The translations under genes were made by a program, and so were the position numbers. 64,000 bases of DNA from Eledone cirrhosa. Lineage: Eukaryota. Shown piece by piece: positions 31,343 to 43,635 of this stretch. A model generated the notes under the pieces. The model saw only the letters and a list, made by a program, of their open reading frames with translations, searched no databases and was not told the origin of the DNA. Each line of letters begins with the position of its first letter. Within the stretch, counting starts at the first letter, position 1. The stretch covers positions 160,270,001-160,334,000 of the forward strand of contig OZ024743.1 in assembly GCA_964016885.1 (NCBI GenBank). The letters run 5' to 3'.

Positions 31343-31670
31343 TTACTTTCCGTCGACTTTTCTTGTCTCTATCGATAGAAAGATTGTGTAAGTACGAAAC
31401 AACCTAATGAGGTTGACTTGATCGACTAACATCACAGTTGAAAGTGGTACCCGAACACCACTCCAGCCCATCACTGAAACTAATGGGAAAACAATTGAAT
31501 AAATACCAGATTCTTCAGTGGACGCAGGTTGATGTTCTCTGAAATCAGTTGTGATAGTTATAATATCAGGGCGATGAATACAAATAAAGCCAGTATAGAC
31601 TGCCACTGCCAGTAGAGATCCTATCAATGGTAAGAAGATTGGTACACAGAACCAACTATAATTTCGGTAG
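31343..31670 (-). CDS. Aquaglyceroporin exon 6 (TM6, C-terminal tail, stop)
   Basis: ctatttacag|C TAC CGA...; YRNYSWFCVPIFLPLIGSLLAVAVYTGFICIH, compare AQP3 '[27 protein letters not shown]'; open to the stop at 31343. Confidence 0.92.
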
Positions 31671-32376
31671 CTGTAAATAGAAAATTGATACATGAAAATT
31701 GGAAGGTAAGGAGATTATATGAAGAGAGCTTTACTCAATCTTAGTTAAATCACAGAAAGTGAAAACCAAAAATCGTTAATAGAGATTAATATCTTTTTAA
31801 TGAATGGTGTACAAAAATATCAAAGGATTCATAACCTCAAATGTTTGTCATTTATCTGTGTTATAATAGTTTTTAATATGTAATGTAATTGATACGATGA
31901 CAAACTGACAATAATCTAAATAGGCAAAGGCAGGCCCAATTTACAGTTGTGTGTCTACGTCTGTACGTGTACGTGTACGTGTGTAAGTATGTATGTAAAT
32001 AATTTATTTTGTGGAGCGAGAGACTTCTTGTCTTCATTAAGACATCACTCTGGGAAAACGTCACTCTGTTATAAAGCTTCAATGAGAGGCATCGTTGGAT
32101 ATGGATATATGGCATGCCTGGCCTTAGGCAGGTCCACAGCATGACTGAAAAGCCAGCACCATAATGCTCATGCATAAGCATCAAGCGCTGGCATTACTCG
32201 AAATTGAGTGGCAGCCATCATCATCATGTATGTGTGAATGCATATATTTGAGTGTAAATCTCTATATATTACGGCGATGTATTTGTTTTGCAAGGTTTTG
32301 ATATGAAATCGTATGTTGAAAAAATATACTGAAGCGAAAACCAAACCAAAGAGTGAATGTGTTTTATTATTATTAT

Positions 32377-32700
32377 TGGCAGTCCCTTTACGATCTGAGT
32401 TCAAATCCCGCCGAGGTTGACTTTGCCTTTCATCCTTACAGGGTCGATAAAATAAAGTTCCAGTAATGTACTGTTTAATTGCTGGCCTTGTGCCTAAAGT
32501 AGAAACAATTATTATTATTGGCAGTATCGGTAGAGGGTCGGACGCCATGCTTTGCAGCAAAGAGTTACGGCCCTTTATGGTCTGAGTTCAAATCCCGCCG
32601 AGGTTGCCTTTCATCCTTACAGGGTCGATAAAATAAAGTACCAGTAATACACTGAGTAATTGCTGGCCTTGTGCCAAAAGTAGAACCAATTATTATTATT
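32377..32700 (+). mobile_element. Two tandem SINE copies
   Basis: Same SINE family: a copy with most of the head deleted, followed by a full copy, both with (TTA)n tails. Confidence 0.85.
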
Positions 32701-32937
32701 GGCAATATTAGGACAACATGGCTCTCCCCAAATATAATATATTACATTTCCCCCAAAATGGCTGACTGAACACACATGCTTTTACTCTAAAAAAATGTTT
32801 CCGTTTTTTCCTCTCACACGTTCCTATTTTCCTATTTCTTTTATTTATGATTCCATCTTCCGGTGAAAGACTAGCGTCTGAATCATTAAGACACTTCTAC
32901 TATATCAAGCGATAAACTAATATATCTTCATTATATT

Positions 32938-33075
32938 GAGAGTTACGGCCCTTGCCATTCTGAGTTCAAATCCCGCCGAGGTTAACTTTGCCTTTCATCC
33001 TTACGGGGTCGATAAAATAAAGTACCAGTAATACACTGGTTATCGCTGGCCTTGTGCCTAACGTAGAAACAATTA
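32938..33075 (+). mobile_element. SINE, 5'-truncated
   Basis: gagttcaaatcccgccgagg...gataaaataaagtaccag...gtagaaacaatta. Confidence 0.85.
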
Positions 33076-33119
33076 TATTGTATTGTTTGCATCGGTGTTT
33101 TCCGTTTACTTTCCTTATG

Positions 33120-33210
33120 CACACCCACATACATACATACATACCTACATACAATTCATCAAAGCAGATATTAATTTACCTACCCAGGCAACGCTGGGTA
33201 CTGCTGCTAG
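33120..33210 (+). mobile_element. Helitron-like 3' terminus
   Basis: Hairpin tacccag-gcaacg-ctgggta followed by ctgctgCTAG|T, preceded by (CATA)n. Confidence 0.7.
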
Positions 33211-33399
33211 TAGATTACATATACTCCTTCAGAGCAATTTCAGTTATTATTAGAATCGAGCATTTAAATACGAAATAGATGTTTCTACTTACACTGTTTT
33301 GTTTTTTTTATATATGAAATAGACACTAGTCTTTATTCTGGATTTACTGGAAATCCCTCTCCCTTGAAACTGGGAAATTTTGCTGGTAAACTTGAGGTG

Positions 33400-34000
33400 G
33401 ATTTGTAGAATGGGGCGAGAAATGACTAATTTTCCACCCTGGCAAGGCAAGACTCATGTCTTTCGGTAGGAGGCGGGACCACTTTCTTCTTCCCATTTAC
33501 ATGAGTTGTGGGTTTGAGGTGTCACATAGTAAGACAGTCAAACCAGTTGAGGAAGGGTTTTCTTTGAAGTTGCTTGGACTTTCCTGATCTTTCATACAAT
33601 CAGTGGGAAGATCTGATTCCCGTATGGTCGCATCATTGTATGGGTCAAACAACTACCTTTCTATTTTACAAGTCCGCAAGTTGTTCTTGTATACAGTACG
33701 ATTCTCATATTTTGGGACGTGCATCATCTTGTTACTTGAATCACCTCGACCTGGTTCAGAAGCGAGTTACTAATTGATTTATTCTCTCACTTGTTTCAAC
33801 TCTGTAAACCTTGTTACAATGACGTAACCTCACCGGCTTAGTCTTTTCTATTGTGATTACTACAGGAGGAACACTGATAAACTTTCTCTTTTGGTTTCAG
33901 ATTACTTTGTGTCGTCTCACCTAACTCGAAACTTACAGCATCTTCATCCGTATGCTGTAGTTGTTTCACAAACAAATGTCAATATAATGTTTTACTGAGT
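33400..34000 (+). mobile_element. Highly decayed CR1/Jockey-group LINE 3' fragment
   Basis: LFYKS...IQYDSHILGRASSCYLNHLDLVQKRV resembles the 'LYKS.IRP.MEYCSHIW.....L..LDRVQKR' thumb region. Confidence 0.6.
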
Positions 34001-34418
34001 TTCTTCAACATGTAGTTTTTAATCATTTGGCTTTCTCTTTGTTATTTAACAAATTGCAACGTGATACGAAGAAATTAACTACGTTTTCTGTTAAGGTTTT
34101 ATTTTCGTAGTCATCCGACAGTTATAACTTCTTACATTTAATACTCAATGTCCTAAATAACAATGGGGTAGAATAAGCGGGGTGAGGGGCTGGCATAAGC
34201 ATGAGCGTTGAATAAGTGGGTAGGTAGAATAATCGAGGTGAGGGTGGGGGTATAAGCGGGGTGTTGGGTGGAATAAGCGGGGAAGGGTGGAAAATCGGTA
34301 ATGTTTCTATTTTGTTACCGTTGTTTTTTTTAAAACCAGAATTAGTCATTTAGTTTACATATTGAACCCCCCCCCCCGCTTCCCAACCCATCCTATTTAT
34401 TTTATACACAAGGGATTT

Positions 34419-34850
34419 CTAGGGTCTCGGAAGGAAAAAGAGTGCGCGTTATAGCGTACCTTAAAAGGGTTAGAGGTAGACCCGATATAATAGCTATTAT
34501 ATCGGGTCTATAAGAGCTATTATATCGGATCTACCTCTAACCCTTTTAAGGTACGCTATAACGTGCACTCTTTTTCCTTCCGAGACCCTAGCAACAGATG
34601 TTCGACATCGCTAGCTAGGCTCATTAAAAACCTTAAATTAAACAACGTTCAACACTCACTAAAATGGGATATCGTGGCTAGGGCCCAACCGTTCAATGGA
34701 CGAAGAAAATCTTGTGATCTCTGTACTACGGAAGCATATTACATAACTCTATCACGACTTCTACCGATGAACGATAGAACGGAGGTAACTATTAGCTGTC
34801 AACATCGGAGGGCTAATTCCTTCGCCAATAGAATGTTTGACCCAACTTAG
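34419..34850 (+). mobile_element. 5'-truncated Penelope-like GIY-YIG fragment with a fold-back inverted 5' arm
   Basis: YIGSTSNPFKVRYNVHSFSFR...STSLA...LKWDIV...CDLCTTEAYYI...MNDRTEVTISCQH from 34521; inverted repeat spans 34419-34591. Confidence 0.88.
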
Positions 34851-35317
34851 TCATGTAGCCCCATTTTTACTTGTAGCTAATAAGTTAAATTGCTATGAAC
34901 AACTCGATAATTATAAGTTACCTCCCCTACATTGTCTCTCAATTAAAAAAAATGTTTAAATTAGCACTTAACTATAAACACCCACAATTTCTAACCTCTC
35001 GAGAAGTTACTTCCCCTGAAACCACCCTCTAATGAGTAAGGTAAATATGCCCTTTGGCAGCCATCTTGTTACCCATAGGCAGATATCACACAATGCAGCT
35101 TCGACAGATGAATACTGCTTGATTATGGCTGACAACTGATGCAACCAAGACACCATTGTAAAAAACCAATATATGGAACATTATATTATGTAACATTATC
35201 TCATTATTTTAAAGTACCAGTAATGCACCATTATTTTAAAGTACCAGTAATGCACTGGGTAATTGCTGGCCTTGTGCCTAAAGTATAAACAATTATTTTA
35301 ATTTATATTCCTTTGAA

Positions 35318-35437
35318 GTTCCGATGAGCCGCTCTGTCTTTTAAATATGTTAATTATTTTCAACTGAACCAGATCAATTATGATATATAGTCATCTGATC
35401 CAGAAATAATATATGGAGTAGCGAAACAATTGTAAAC
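35318..35437 (+). ncRNA. Hammerhead with extended stem II, core mutated
   Basis: gtt CCGATGA gccgctct...ggagtagc GAAA CAATTG TA aac; downstream of the PLE endonuclease fragment. Confidence 0.6.
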
Positions 35438-35973
35438 GGACATTATTATTATTAATATTATTATTATTATTCTCTACATTCCTTACATCAAACTAAAATA
35501 TGTTGACAATCTTTTAATAATGTCTTCCTTGTGAAATTTGTGGTCTTGATTTGCTTAACTAATGAATATATATATATATCGGTAGCCGGTCGGGGGATAA
35601 CATTGTATCAGATCCCAATTTCTAATCACTTTACTGTGATGGCCGTCACAAGCAGTCATAGCTGGCACGGACTGGAGTCGAATTCTGTCGATCGAATGGT
35701 TATTGATTAGGCGAAACCCGCTGATGAAGCCACATACGCCGATTATGCATTGTTGCATAATATATGCAGACAGAGGGTGCAGTGCACCATACTGCTGCAT
35801 TAAGTGTGGCAGAAACTCGAATTCGGGAACTACTATAGGTACCCGTTTATGTGTGTTGTATTGAAGCGAATAACTATGTGTATACTCTGGGAGTGTATTT
35901 TACATTACCTATTGAGTACGCTGAGATGCAAACGATCCTAGCATTGATACTTATGCTCGGTCCATCAACTTCT

Positions 35974-36005
<32 letters not shown>

Positions 36006-36010
<5 letters not shown>

Positions 36011-36197
36011 AACCAGTAAGACCCCGACGGCTGAGCTCAAGCCGTTTCGACGGCTAATTCTGGACTGAATTAGCCGTCGAAACGGCTTGAGCTCAGCCGT
36101 CGGGGTCTTACTGGTTCCTATTACCCACTCTACTACCCCAAGTATTGAGTACTTTGGTGCGTTATGGTCCACCTGGTTCCTTACCACATTTCCTTCG

Positions 36198-36200
<3 letters not shown>
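36006..36200 (+). mobile_element. Fold-back hairpin element with a half hammerhead, copy 2
   Basis: Perfect 55-bp arms 36006-36060 / 36067-36121 with the 6-nt loop tggact; between (TA)n tracts. Confidence 0.85.
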
Positions 36201-36231
<31 letters not shown>

Positions 36232-36593
36232 ACCGGCAGTAAAACACTCTTCTAACCGTTGGGACTAGGCAAAAACATTAATATTTAGTAATAAATTTCC
36301 AGCTAATGTTTAAATAGATTTGATTCATTAAAAGCTATGCTTTCAGACAAATGCTAGTGTAAAGCAGCAACCCACACCTTTCGGGTCTTTGTTCCTGTAC
36401 CTAAGCTTGACAGCAATATTTGTCCCAGCCATTGACTAGCATCTGTGTGGTTCATGGCGGCGATAGGTTTGATAATAAGTATCTTCGAACAAAATTGACG
36501 TGAGGCTAAACAAAAACAAAAACAACATTGTTTAAATTTTACAAAAATGTATGATAACAAATAGCTGATGATTTGATAAGGGAATAAACATAC

Positions 36594-36808
36594 CTAAAAA
36601 CTGCCGAGTTTGTTGACACAGTAGTAAGCAGGACTCTACCAGCTACATCTATGGCAGGATTAATTGCGCATTCATTGAGAGAAAATGATGCTATGATTGC
36701 TGTCAATAGGATTCCCACTGTTATTGGTAACATAACTGGTTTGCATTGAATATTATCAGTGTCGGAAATGGCGAGAATGCCAATCACCAGAAGAAAAGCA
36801 GCTAAAAT
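36594..36808 (-). CDS. Aquaglyceroporin exon 5 (second NPA box, NPAID)
   Basis: tttttag|ATT...TTT AG|gtatgt; 215 nt; ILAAFLLVIGILAISDTDNIQCKPVMLPITVGILLTAIIASFSLNECAINPAIDVAGRVLLTTVSTNSAVF; glyceroporin-type Asp after NPAx. Confidence 0.95.
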
Positions 36809-37394
36809 CTAAAAATTCAGAAAACAGTAAAACAATATGTAGTTACTTTATTGCAGTCGAGGAATCATGAAATTAGACGATGTAAGGTTATTTTCTGTAT
36901 TATCTAACAGTGATGATCTCCGCATCCTCTAACTTATTAGTTACACATATATAAACAAACATTCATACATACATACATACATACATACATGATATACATA
37001 CATAATACACATACATACATACACACATACTTACATGTATGCATACATTCATACAAGAATACTTACATACACGCATACATACACACATATACATAAATAC
37101 ATACATGTAAACACATAATACAGACGTATGTACATACAAAATGCATACGCGTGTGCGTACATACATAAATACATGATATACACACGTACATTCATGCATA
37201 CGTATATACACACACATACGTACATACATACATATATGCATACATAGATACAAATAAACATGAGGCACATACATCTCATATACTAGAGAGCCCTTATATG
37301 GGTACACACCTGCCAGAAACATCAATCATAAATCTATCAAAATAGAAAACGTTTGGTAAAGACCAGCATATCCACATGTTGTTTAAGAATATGT

Positions 37395-37471
<77 letters not shown>

Positions 37472-37483
37472 TGTGTGTGTGAG

Positions 37484-37521
<38 letters not shown>

Positions 37522-37603
37522 GTGAAAACTGGAACGGGAACAAAAACAGAGGCAGTACAAACAAAGGTTTATTAGTTTCACCCTCTTGAGAGTGGGGGGT
37601 GGG

Positions 37604-37640
37604 GAACGACGTTTCGGGCATAAGCCCTTCTTCAGAAGAA
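37604..37640 (-). ncRNA. Minimal hammerhead (PLE type)
   Basis: CTGAAGA a-gggc-ttat-gccc GAAA CG TC; stem I poorly paired. Confidence 0.65.
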
Positions 37641-38675
37641 AAGTGGGTGGGAAGAGAGTTCCGAGGGTGTGTGGAAGCAGTGGTGGAGAGACATTTAGAA
37701 AAAAAAAGGGGGGGGGGAACGGTGGAAGGGTTACAAATAAAAATAAAAATAAACATAAAGATAAACAAGTGGTGGAAGGGTCTGGGGCGTGTAGGGGTGG
37801 TGGCGGGTGAAGTAGGGAGAGGGAGGCGGGGGGTCCGAGCGGGGAGGGCTGAAGTTGGTGTGTGTGTATGTGTGTAGGTGTACGTGTGTGTGTGTGTGTG
37901 TGAATGCGAATGTGAGTGTTGGGGAAAGAACGAGGTTCCATGTTCAGTAAAAGATGTGTGTGTGGGGTGTAGGACGGTGTGTGCGTGCATGTGGATGGGG
38001 AGGGGTCAGAGGAGTGGGGAGGGTGTGTCAGGACTCCGGAGGCTGAGTGTATATATGTGGGGGTACGCACGTGTTTGTTGGTGTTTATACGTGGTGTGGA
38101 TGTAGGTGGGGTGGTTCGAAAAAAATTGTGGGTGTATGTCCGTGGGTAAGTTCCTAAGGTAGTTTCGTGGAGTGTGGGATGAGGTGGCGGATATTTTTCA
38201 TGTTATGGAGTGGATAGCTGGAACGATGATATGTCATCCGTTGGTTGTGGTGGTCAGAAGTGGGGAGATGTGGGGTGCGTGCGCAACAGGAAGTGGTCAG
38301 AGGGTCAAGGCAGGATGAAGGCATAGCAGTAGAGGAGAATGACAGGTTGAGAAAGTCAGTGTGTGGTGAGGACTGTGTGTCTGTGTGTGTGGAGGTGTGG
38401 TGACAGGGGAGAGGATGGGTAGGTGTGAAAGGTGGAGTGGGGAGGGTGTCATGTGGGGGGATGGGTGTGTATTAGTAGAGGTGTTGGTGGGATGTGTGTG
38501 TGAGTGAAGGGGTGTGGGTGGAGCAGGGAGAGGAAAATGTGTGGGGGACGGTGGGGGGAGTGTAGTGTACTGGTGTGTGTGCGCGTGTTTGGATGAGTAT
38601 ATATATATATATATATATAAAATAATTAAGTCAAATAGGTAAAATTTGGCTTCGTTTATTATAAATTATAGATAT

Positions 38676-38730
38676 ACTGCTATATATATTTCGGTGACAG
38701 CCATCATTGACTGTGACGTCTTCAGGCAGT
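38676..38730 (-). ncRNA. Minimal hammerhead ribozyme
   Basis: actgc CTGAAGA cgtcacagtca-atga-tggctgtcacc GAAA TATATA TA gcagt; perfect stem I, two mismatches in stem II. Confidence 0.75.
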
Positions 38731-39285
38731 CCGAATTGGTGTGGTAGAGACAGGTACACATGTTGAAGTGTTTTACTCCGTCAACACTCCGATATGTCCA
38801 GCTCCTGGTTGCGTTGTTATTTCTCTGGGGAACTGGAATCATATGAATTAGAACAAACGAATTTCGGCGTCATAGGACACTCTGTCATCCCATTGGTCAG
38901 TTGTGAGAACATTCCTCAGTCAAAGGTCTATAGAAAATTTTCTGAGGCAAGACAATCTGTTGTAGTTGTTTTTGTTCAAGTACAGCTGACCTCCTCCATT
39001 GTGCTGGTAGTGGTAGTGGTGTTAAGGGGTCAGCTGGCAGGTCAGCTTTGGTTTCCTGCTGCTATGTTCAGAAGAATATGTATATATATATCAAAAATTA
39101 AATTAAGGGTGTCGTGTCAGAGAGACATGCGCCAAATCCACCGTAGTTGATATATATATATAAATGTAATCTGAGTTTTTCGAATATTAATAATATTCGA
39201 TTCGTTTGGAATTATGCAAACGAGCATCATTTTAAAGCCATGTCAGTAGAATGAGCCCCTCACTCTTGCTCTTGCATGTAAACAG

Positions 39286-39333
39286 AACCGCAGACACTAA
39301 TGTTTCTGGGTATTACCCTTCATCAGTACAGTT
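39286..39333 (-). ncRNA. Minimal hammerhead ribozyme, intact core
   Basis: aactgta CTGATGA a-gggt-aat-accc-a GAAA CATTAGTG TC tgcggtt; 7-bp stem I with wobbles; GUC triplet. Confidence 0.8.
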
Positions 39334-39586
39334 CACTCTTCACCTACCACTGTCAGAGCTAGAGATAATATATATTTTCTAAAATATACAATGACTGATC
39401 GGCCTGATTTACATATTACCAGACTGGCTGATCAGTCAGATTTGCATATTAGCAAATCCACTGATCAGCCAGATTTGCATATCAGCAGACTGTTTACATG
39501 TCAACGCAAGAGAAGAATGAGGGTCTCATTCTAGTGACATGGCTTTAGAAATGAGGCTTGTTTGCATATATATATATAATGTATGC

Positions 39587-39635
<49 letters not shown>

Positions 39636-39668
39636 TCCATATGTATATATATATATATATGTGTATAT

Positions 39669-39717
39669 GATTCCTGATGATTTCTAAAGAATGAAACAGT
39701 TCTAGTCCTGTAGAATC
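39669..39717 (+). ncRNA. Hammerhead ribozyme, intact core
   Basis: gattc CTGATGA t-ttc-taaa-gaa-t GAAA CAG-ttctagtc-CTG TA gaatc. Confidence 0.78.
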
Positions 39718-40906
39718 TCATCTATATTAAAACTTTTATACTGTGCAATGTATTGAGTACCTTACTTACTGTGGTTACCTCCGATTCAACCCGGAATAAC
39801 GTACTATATATATATATATATATATATATACATTTAAGTTTGGTGGTTCACCACTGGATAGAACTGGTCATTCGACATAGTTAACCATTATCTATAAGTA
39901 GGAAAAGCACTCTACGTCATGTAACTCATCCCTCTTTGACGTTGAATCCTTTTGGTGGTGCGGGAACGGAGTTAATTATTATACAGTAAAATGGTATGAG
40001 GTCAGACAGGTGAAATTCCTTCATATTTTTATTTCTGTAAACACTATGTACATTTCAGTAGCCAGGGTTATGTAGGAATGGTGACATCATCAGGTGCACG
40101 TTGCATAATAGTTATATGATAAAGAAATAATGGTAAACTCATTCCAAAGGCAGAGAAAAAAAAGGGTTTTTGATTCGTAGGCGATGATGCGGGCCTGATG
40201 TTGTCAGTTCGGCTGATCGCCTTCGTGTGAGTATTCACATCAATTTTGTCGTGTCAATTTGTTATGAGGGTAGGGGTTGTATACTTACTATGCTAATTAC
40301 TACAACCTACCATTTACTCCTATTCAGACACCAACTAGAATTGGAATGGGTAAAGAAGATCGGGCTACAGAGGAAAATGTCCTATGGGGGTCAAGCTTAA
40401 AGGTCTATAAATCTTCTATAAAAAATATATAATGGACGGGGTTGAATCTGAATTCATATCATGTAGAGAAAAATTGAGAATTCAGAACTTTAAAAAATTA
40501 ATGTTAAAATTAAGAAATTGTTAAAAATAAAATATTAAGAAATTAAAGTTAAAGTTAAAATTAAAAATTAAGACTTAAAATTAAAAAAGTTTAAAAATTT
40601 GATTAAAGAATTAGGAGAATGATAAAATGTTGGTGCATTTATAAAAAAAAACTAAATATATCTTTGATAGTCATAATCACTGTGTGTTTGTAACGTGAAG
40701 AAAAGTGTGCTTCAGTACCAAGTGAGATTATGGCCTCAGAGTCACCGCAGGTTCTGAGATCTATAAACCTTTCTGAGTAAAATCTCATATTGAAAAAAGG
40801 GAAATTTCTATTATTTCCAAACACTAAATCTGTATAGTTCAATTCTATATATGTATATTAATCTAACAGTGTAACATGATTTCTTTGAAAGAAAATATTA
40901 AAATAC

Positions 40907-41019
40907 CTGGTTCAGAGCAGCAGATCTTATTGAAATATCTTCAGGAGGAAAAGACGAAAATATAAGATTTTTAAAATCAACATCTGATCCTTCACTTTTG
41001 TTATAGTATAACATGGAGT
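40907..41019 (-). CDS. Aquaglyceroporin exon 4 (loop C)
   Basis: tttctttacag|AC...AAC CAG|gtattt; 113 nt; DSMLYYNKSEGSDVDFKNLIFSSFPPEDISIRSAALNQ, compare AQP3 'DAIW...GIFATYP...FFDQ'. Confidence 0.88.
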
Positions 41020-41226
41020 CTGTAAAGAAAAATATGATTGGAGAATGTCATTTTGTTCTCGTTTTGACCCAAATGAAATGTTCTCAGGTCGACCTAAGCC
41101 TTATGAATGAATATTGATAAATGATATTTTATTTTAGTTCACTATCAAATAGCTAAGTGAAAAGAAGAAACGTAATGAATTAAGCTTACTTATATAATAT
41201 AATGTAATTATGTACATTCTTAGCAA

Positions 41227-41280
<54 letters not shown>

Positions 41281-41488
41281 AAACAATATTTGTTTTCGCT
41301 CCAACATAGTGGACACTTAAATGCATTAATGAGAATAGTATTCTCAAAGAAATGTTTCCTCATATGAAAGCATGGTAGAGGGATCTATACATAAGCGATG
41401 TTAGATGGAATACTTTTCATACTTTATTGTCTATCTTGTTTGTACTCCAATAATTAGAGTTTTTCCCACTTAATTTTAAAATAATATA

Positions 41489-41525
<37 letters not shown>

Positions 41526-41748
41526 TTATCGTTACTTTGGTATGTATTGTGTGTTAGTTTAGCCTACCACAATGTTCGATTTGTCAAGCTATTTATACGT
41601 ATGTTATAACTCTGAGACCTATCTTATCTAGTGCTTTGCTAACTCATCACTTCATATAAGTAGGCCGAATTTACTTGCAAACCGCCAGAGATTCGATTTT
41701 ACTGATTTCCAATTATATGTATATGCTTGAAGCATTGTGGAATAATAA

Positions 41749-41946
41749 ATAAATATCTTTAAGTCGTTTGGAAGCCTCGACAATGCAAATGGGTAAATCT
41801 CCGGGTAAATCTCCGGGTTAGATTTACACATTTTACACACCACGCATCTCAACGTACACCCACTTACATCTCTCTCTCCACCACCGGATCTTGTTACCCG
41901 GAGATTTCCCCATTTGCATTGTCGAGGCTTCCAAACGAGTTAAAGA

Positions 41947-41953
<7 letters not shown>
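41749..41953. repeat. Inverted repeat (~60-bp arms) abutting (TA)n
   Basis: 41749-41808 is the reverse complement of 41894-41953. Confidence 0.88.
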
Positions 41954-41995
<42 letters not shown>

Positions 41996-42075
41996 ATAAT
42001 AATAAATTTGAAGACTAAAATCCAAAGATTCTTTGCTTAAAGTTTAATCTGTTATTTTAATAAATATATATATAT

Positions 42076-42153
<78 letters not shown>

Positions 42154-42214
42154 TGGCTGCAACTCGATTTAGAGGAATGTCATCGCTTTATATATATAAA
42201 CATGAGAATCACGT

Positions 42215-42392
42215 TTCCATTGGTCTTTCCAATTGCTAATACTATCTGAGGCAAATCCAGGCAGAGGGAGCAACGCGAAATAAGTTATCTTGCTTGCTCA
42301 AGGACATAACGCATCACCCGGTCCGAGAATCTAAATCACAACCTCACGATTGTCAATCTATTTCTGTAATCACTCAGCCACGTGCCTTCACA
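42215..42392 (-). mobile_element. Older tRNA-derived (CORE/V-like) SINE
   Basis: ttgctcaaggacataacgc...aatcactcagccacgtgccttcac is the reverse complement of a tRNA head plus conserved core. Confidence 0.55.
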
Positions 42393-42507
42393 AAAGTATA
42401 TATATAGAGAGAGGTATTACATTGGAAGGTAATATCTGTAGTGGTAGAGCACTCAGTCCATGGGACGAGTTAGATAGAAGTGGTTACACAACAGTTAGTT
42501 CACCATA

Positions 42508-42546
42508 CCGAGAACAATTGTTTCACCTTAGCGGATCCTCAGCCAT
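42508..42546 (-). ncRNA. Minimal hammerhead-like motif
   Basis: gg CTGAGGA t-cc-gctaa-gg-t GAAA CAATTG TT ct; palindromic stem III; weak stems I and II. Confidence 0.55.
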
Positions 42547-42579
42547 AATATCGATATATATATGTGTGTGTATGTTCAA

Positions 42580-42654
<75 letters not shown>

Positions 42655-42693
42655 TATTAAGTGTTTCCGTAGGAATGGTAGCAAATAAAATGT

Positions 42694-42766
42694 CATTCTG
42701 ATGAGCGATTTCAGATGTCTGTGCTGTCTAAAGCTCGTCTGGATTCGTTTAGACCTTTGGTAAATG
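42694..42766 (+). ncRNA. Degenerate hammerhead; partial inverted copy at 43372-43472
   Basis: catt CTGATGA gcgatttcagatg...cgtctggattcgt-t TAGA CCTTTGG TA aatg; GAAA mutated. Confidence 0.5.
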
Positions 42767-43296
42767 GAATAATTGTCTTATGTTGTTTATTATATAACTA
42801 TATATATATACATATATATATATATAAAGAATTAGTATATCTACCAACATATATATACAGATGCATACCTATCTACCAAATATATAGGTTATATAATTAT
42901 AATTCTTTATAATTATCTCCAAATTATTTTGTTGAGCAAATATTTGCCAAAACTGCTACTATAGTTCATAGTAATGGCTCGGCTACTGTCCTTTTAACAC
43001 CCCACTTCTCACTGATTAACCTCGATGTCACGTGATTGATTCTTTTGAATTTGCCACCGACCAAGTAGGCAGTGATTTTTTCAATGTCTTGGAATTTAGT
43101 CCACGCTTGCTTTTTTCCATCCACTGAATTATTTTTGTATAAGTTCCCTGTGTCCACGCATCGCCTGGGAACTTAGCTGAGAACAGACTTCCTGATGACG
43201 AAAGGCTTTTCCATGCTTTCCATTTGGAAACCATGTTTACTCCTTTTCAGAAACTAATTAGTTGGAGTAAAATTTTAGTAAGTAAGTTAATTTTAC

Positions 43297-43376
<80 letters not shown>

Positions 43377-43467
43377 AACGAATCCAGACGAGCTTGACAC
43401 AGACGTCTGAAATCGCTCATCAGAATGAAATTTTATTTGCTACTTTTCCTACGGAAACACTTAATAT

Positions 43468-43505
<38 letters not shown>

Positions 43506-43544
43506 ATATTTATATATATGTATGTATGTTTGTACACACACACA

Positions 43545-43635
<91 letters not shown>

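Noticed and set aside
37294-38590. Long Pro/His/Thr-rich ORFs (258 aa, 217 aa)
   Set aside because: Low-complexity GT-rich repeat sequence that overlaps a PLE-type hammerhead and microsatellites
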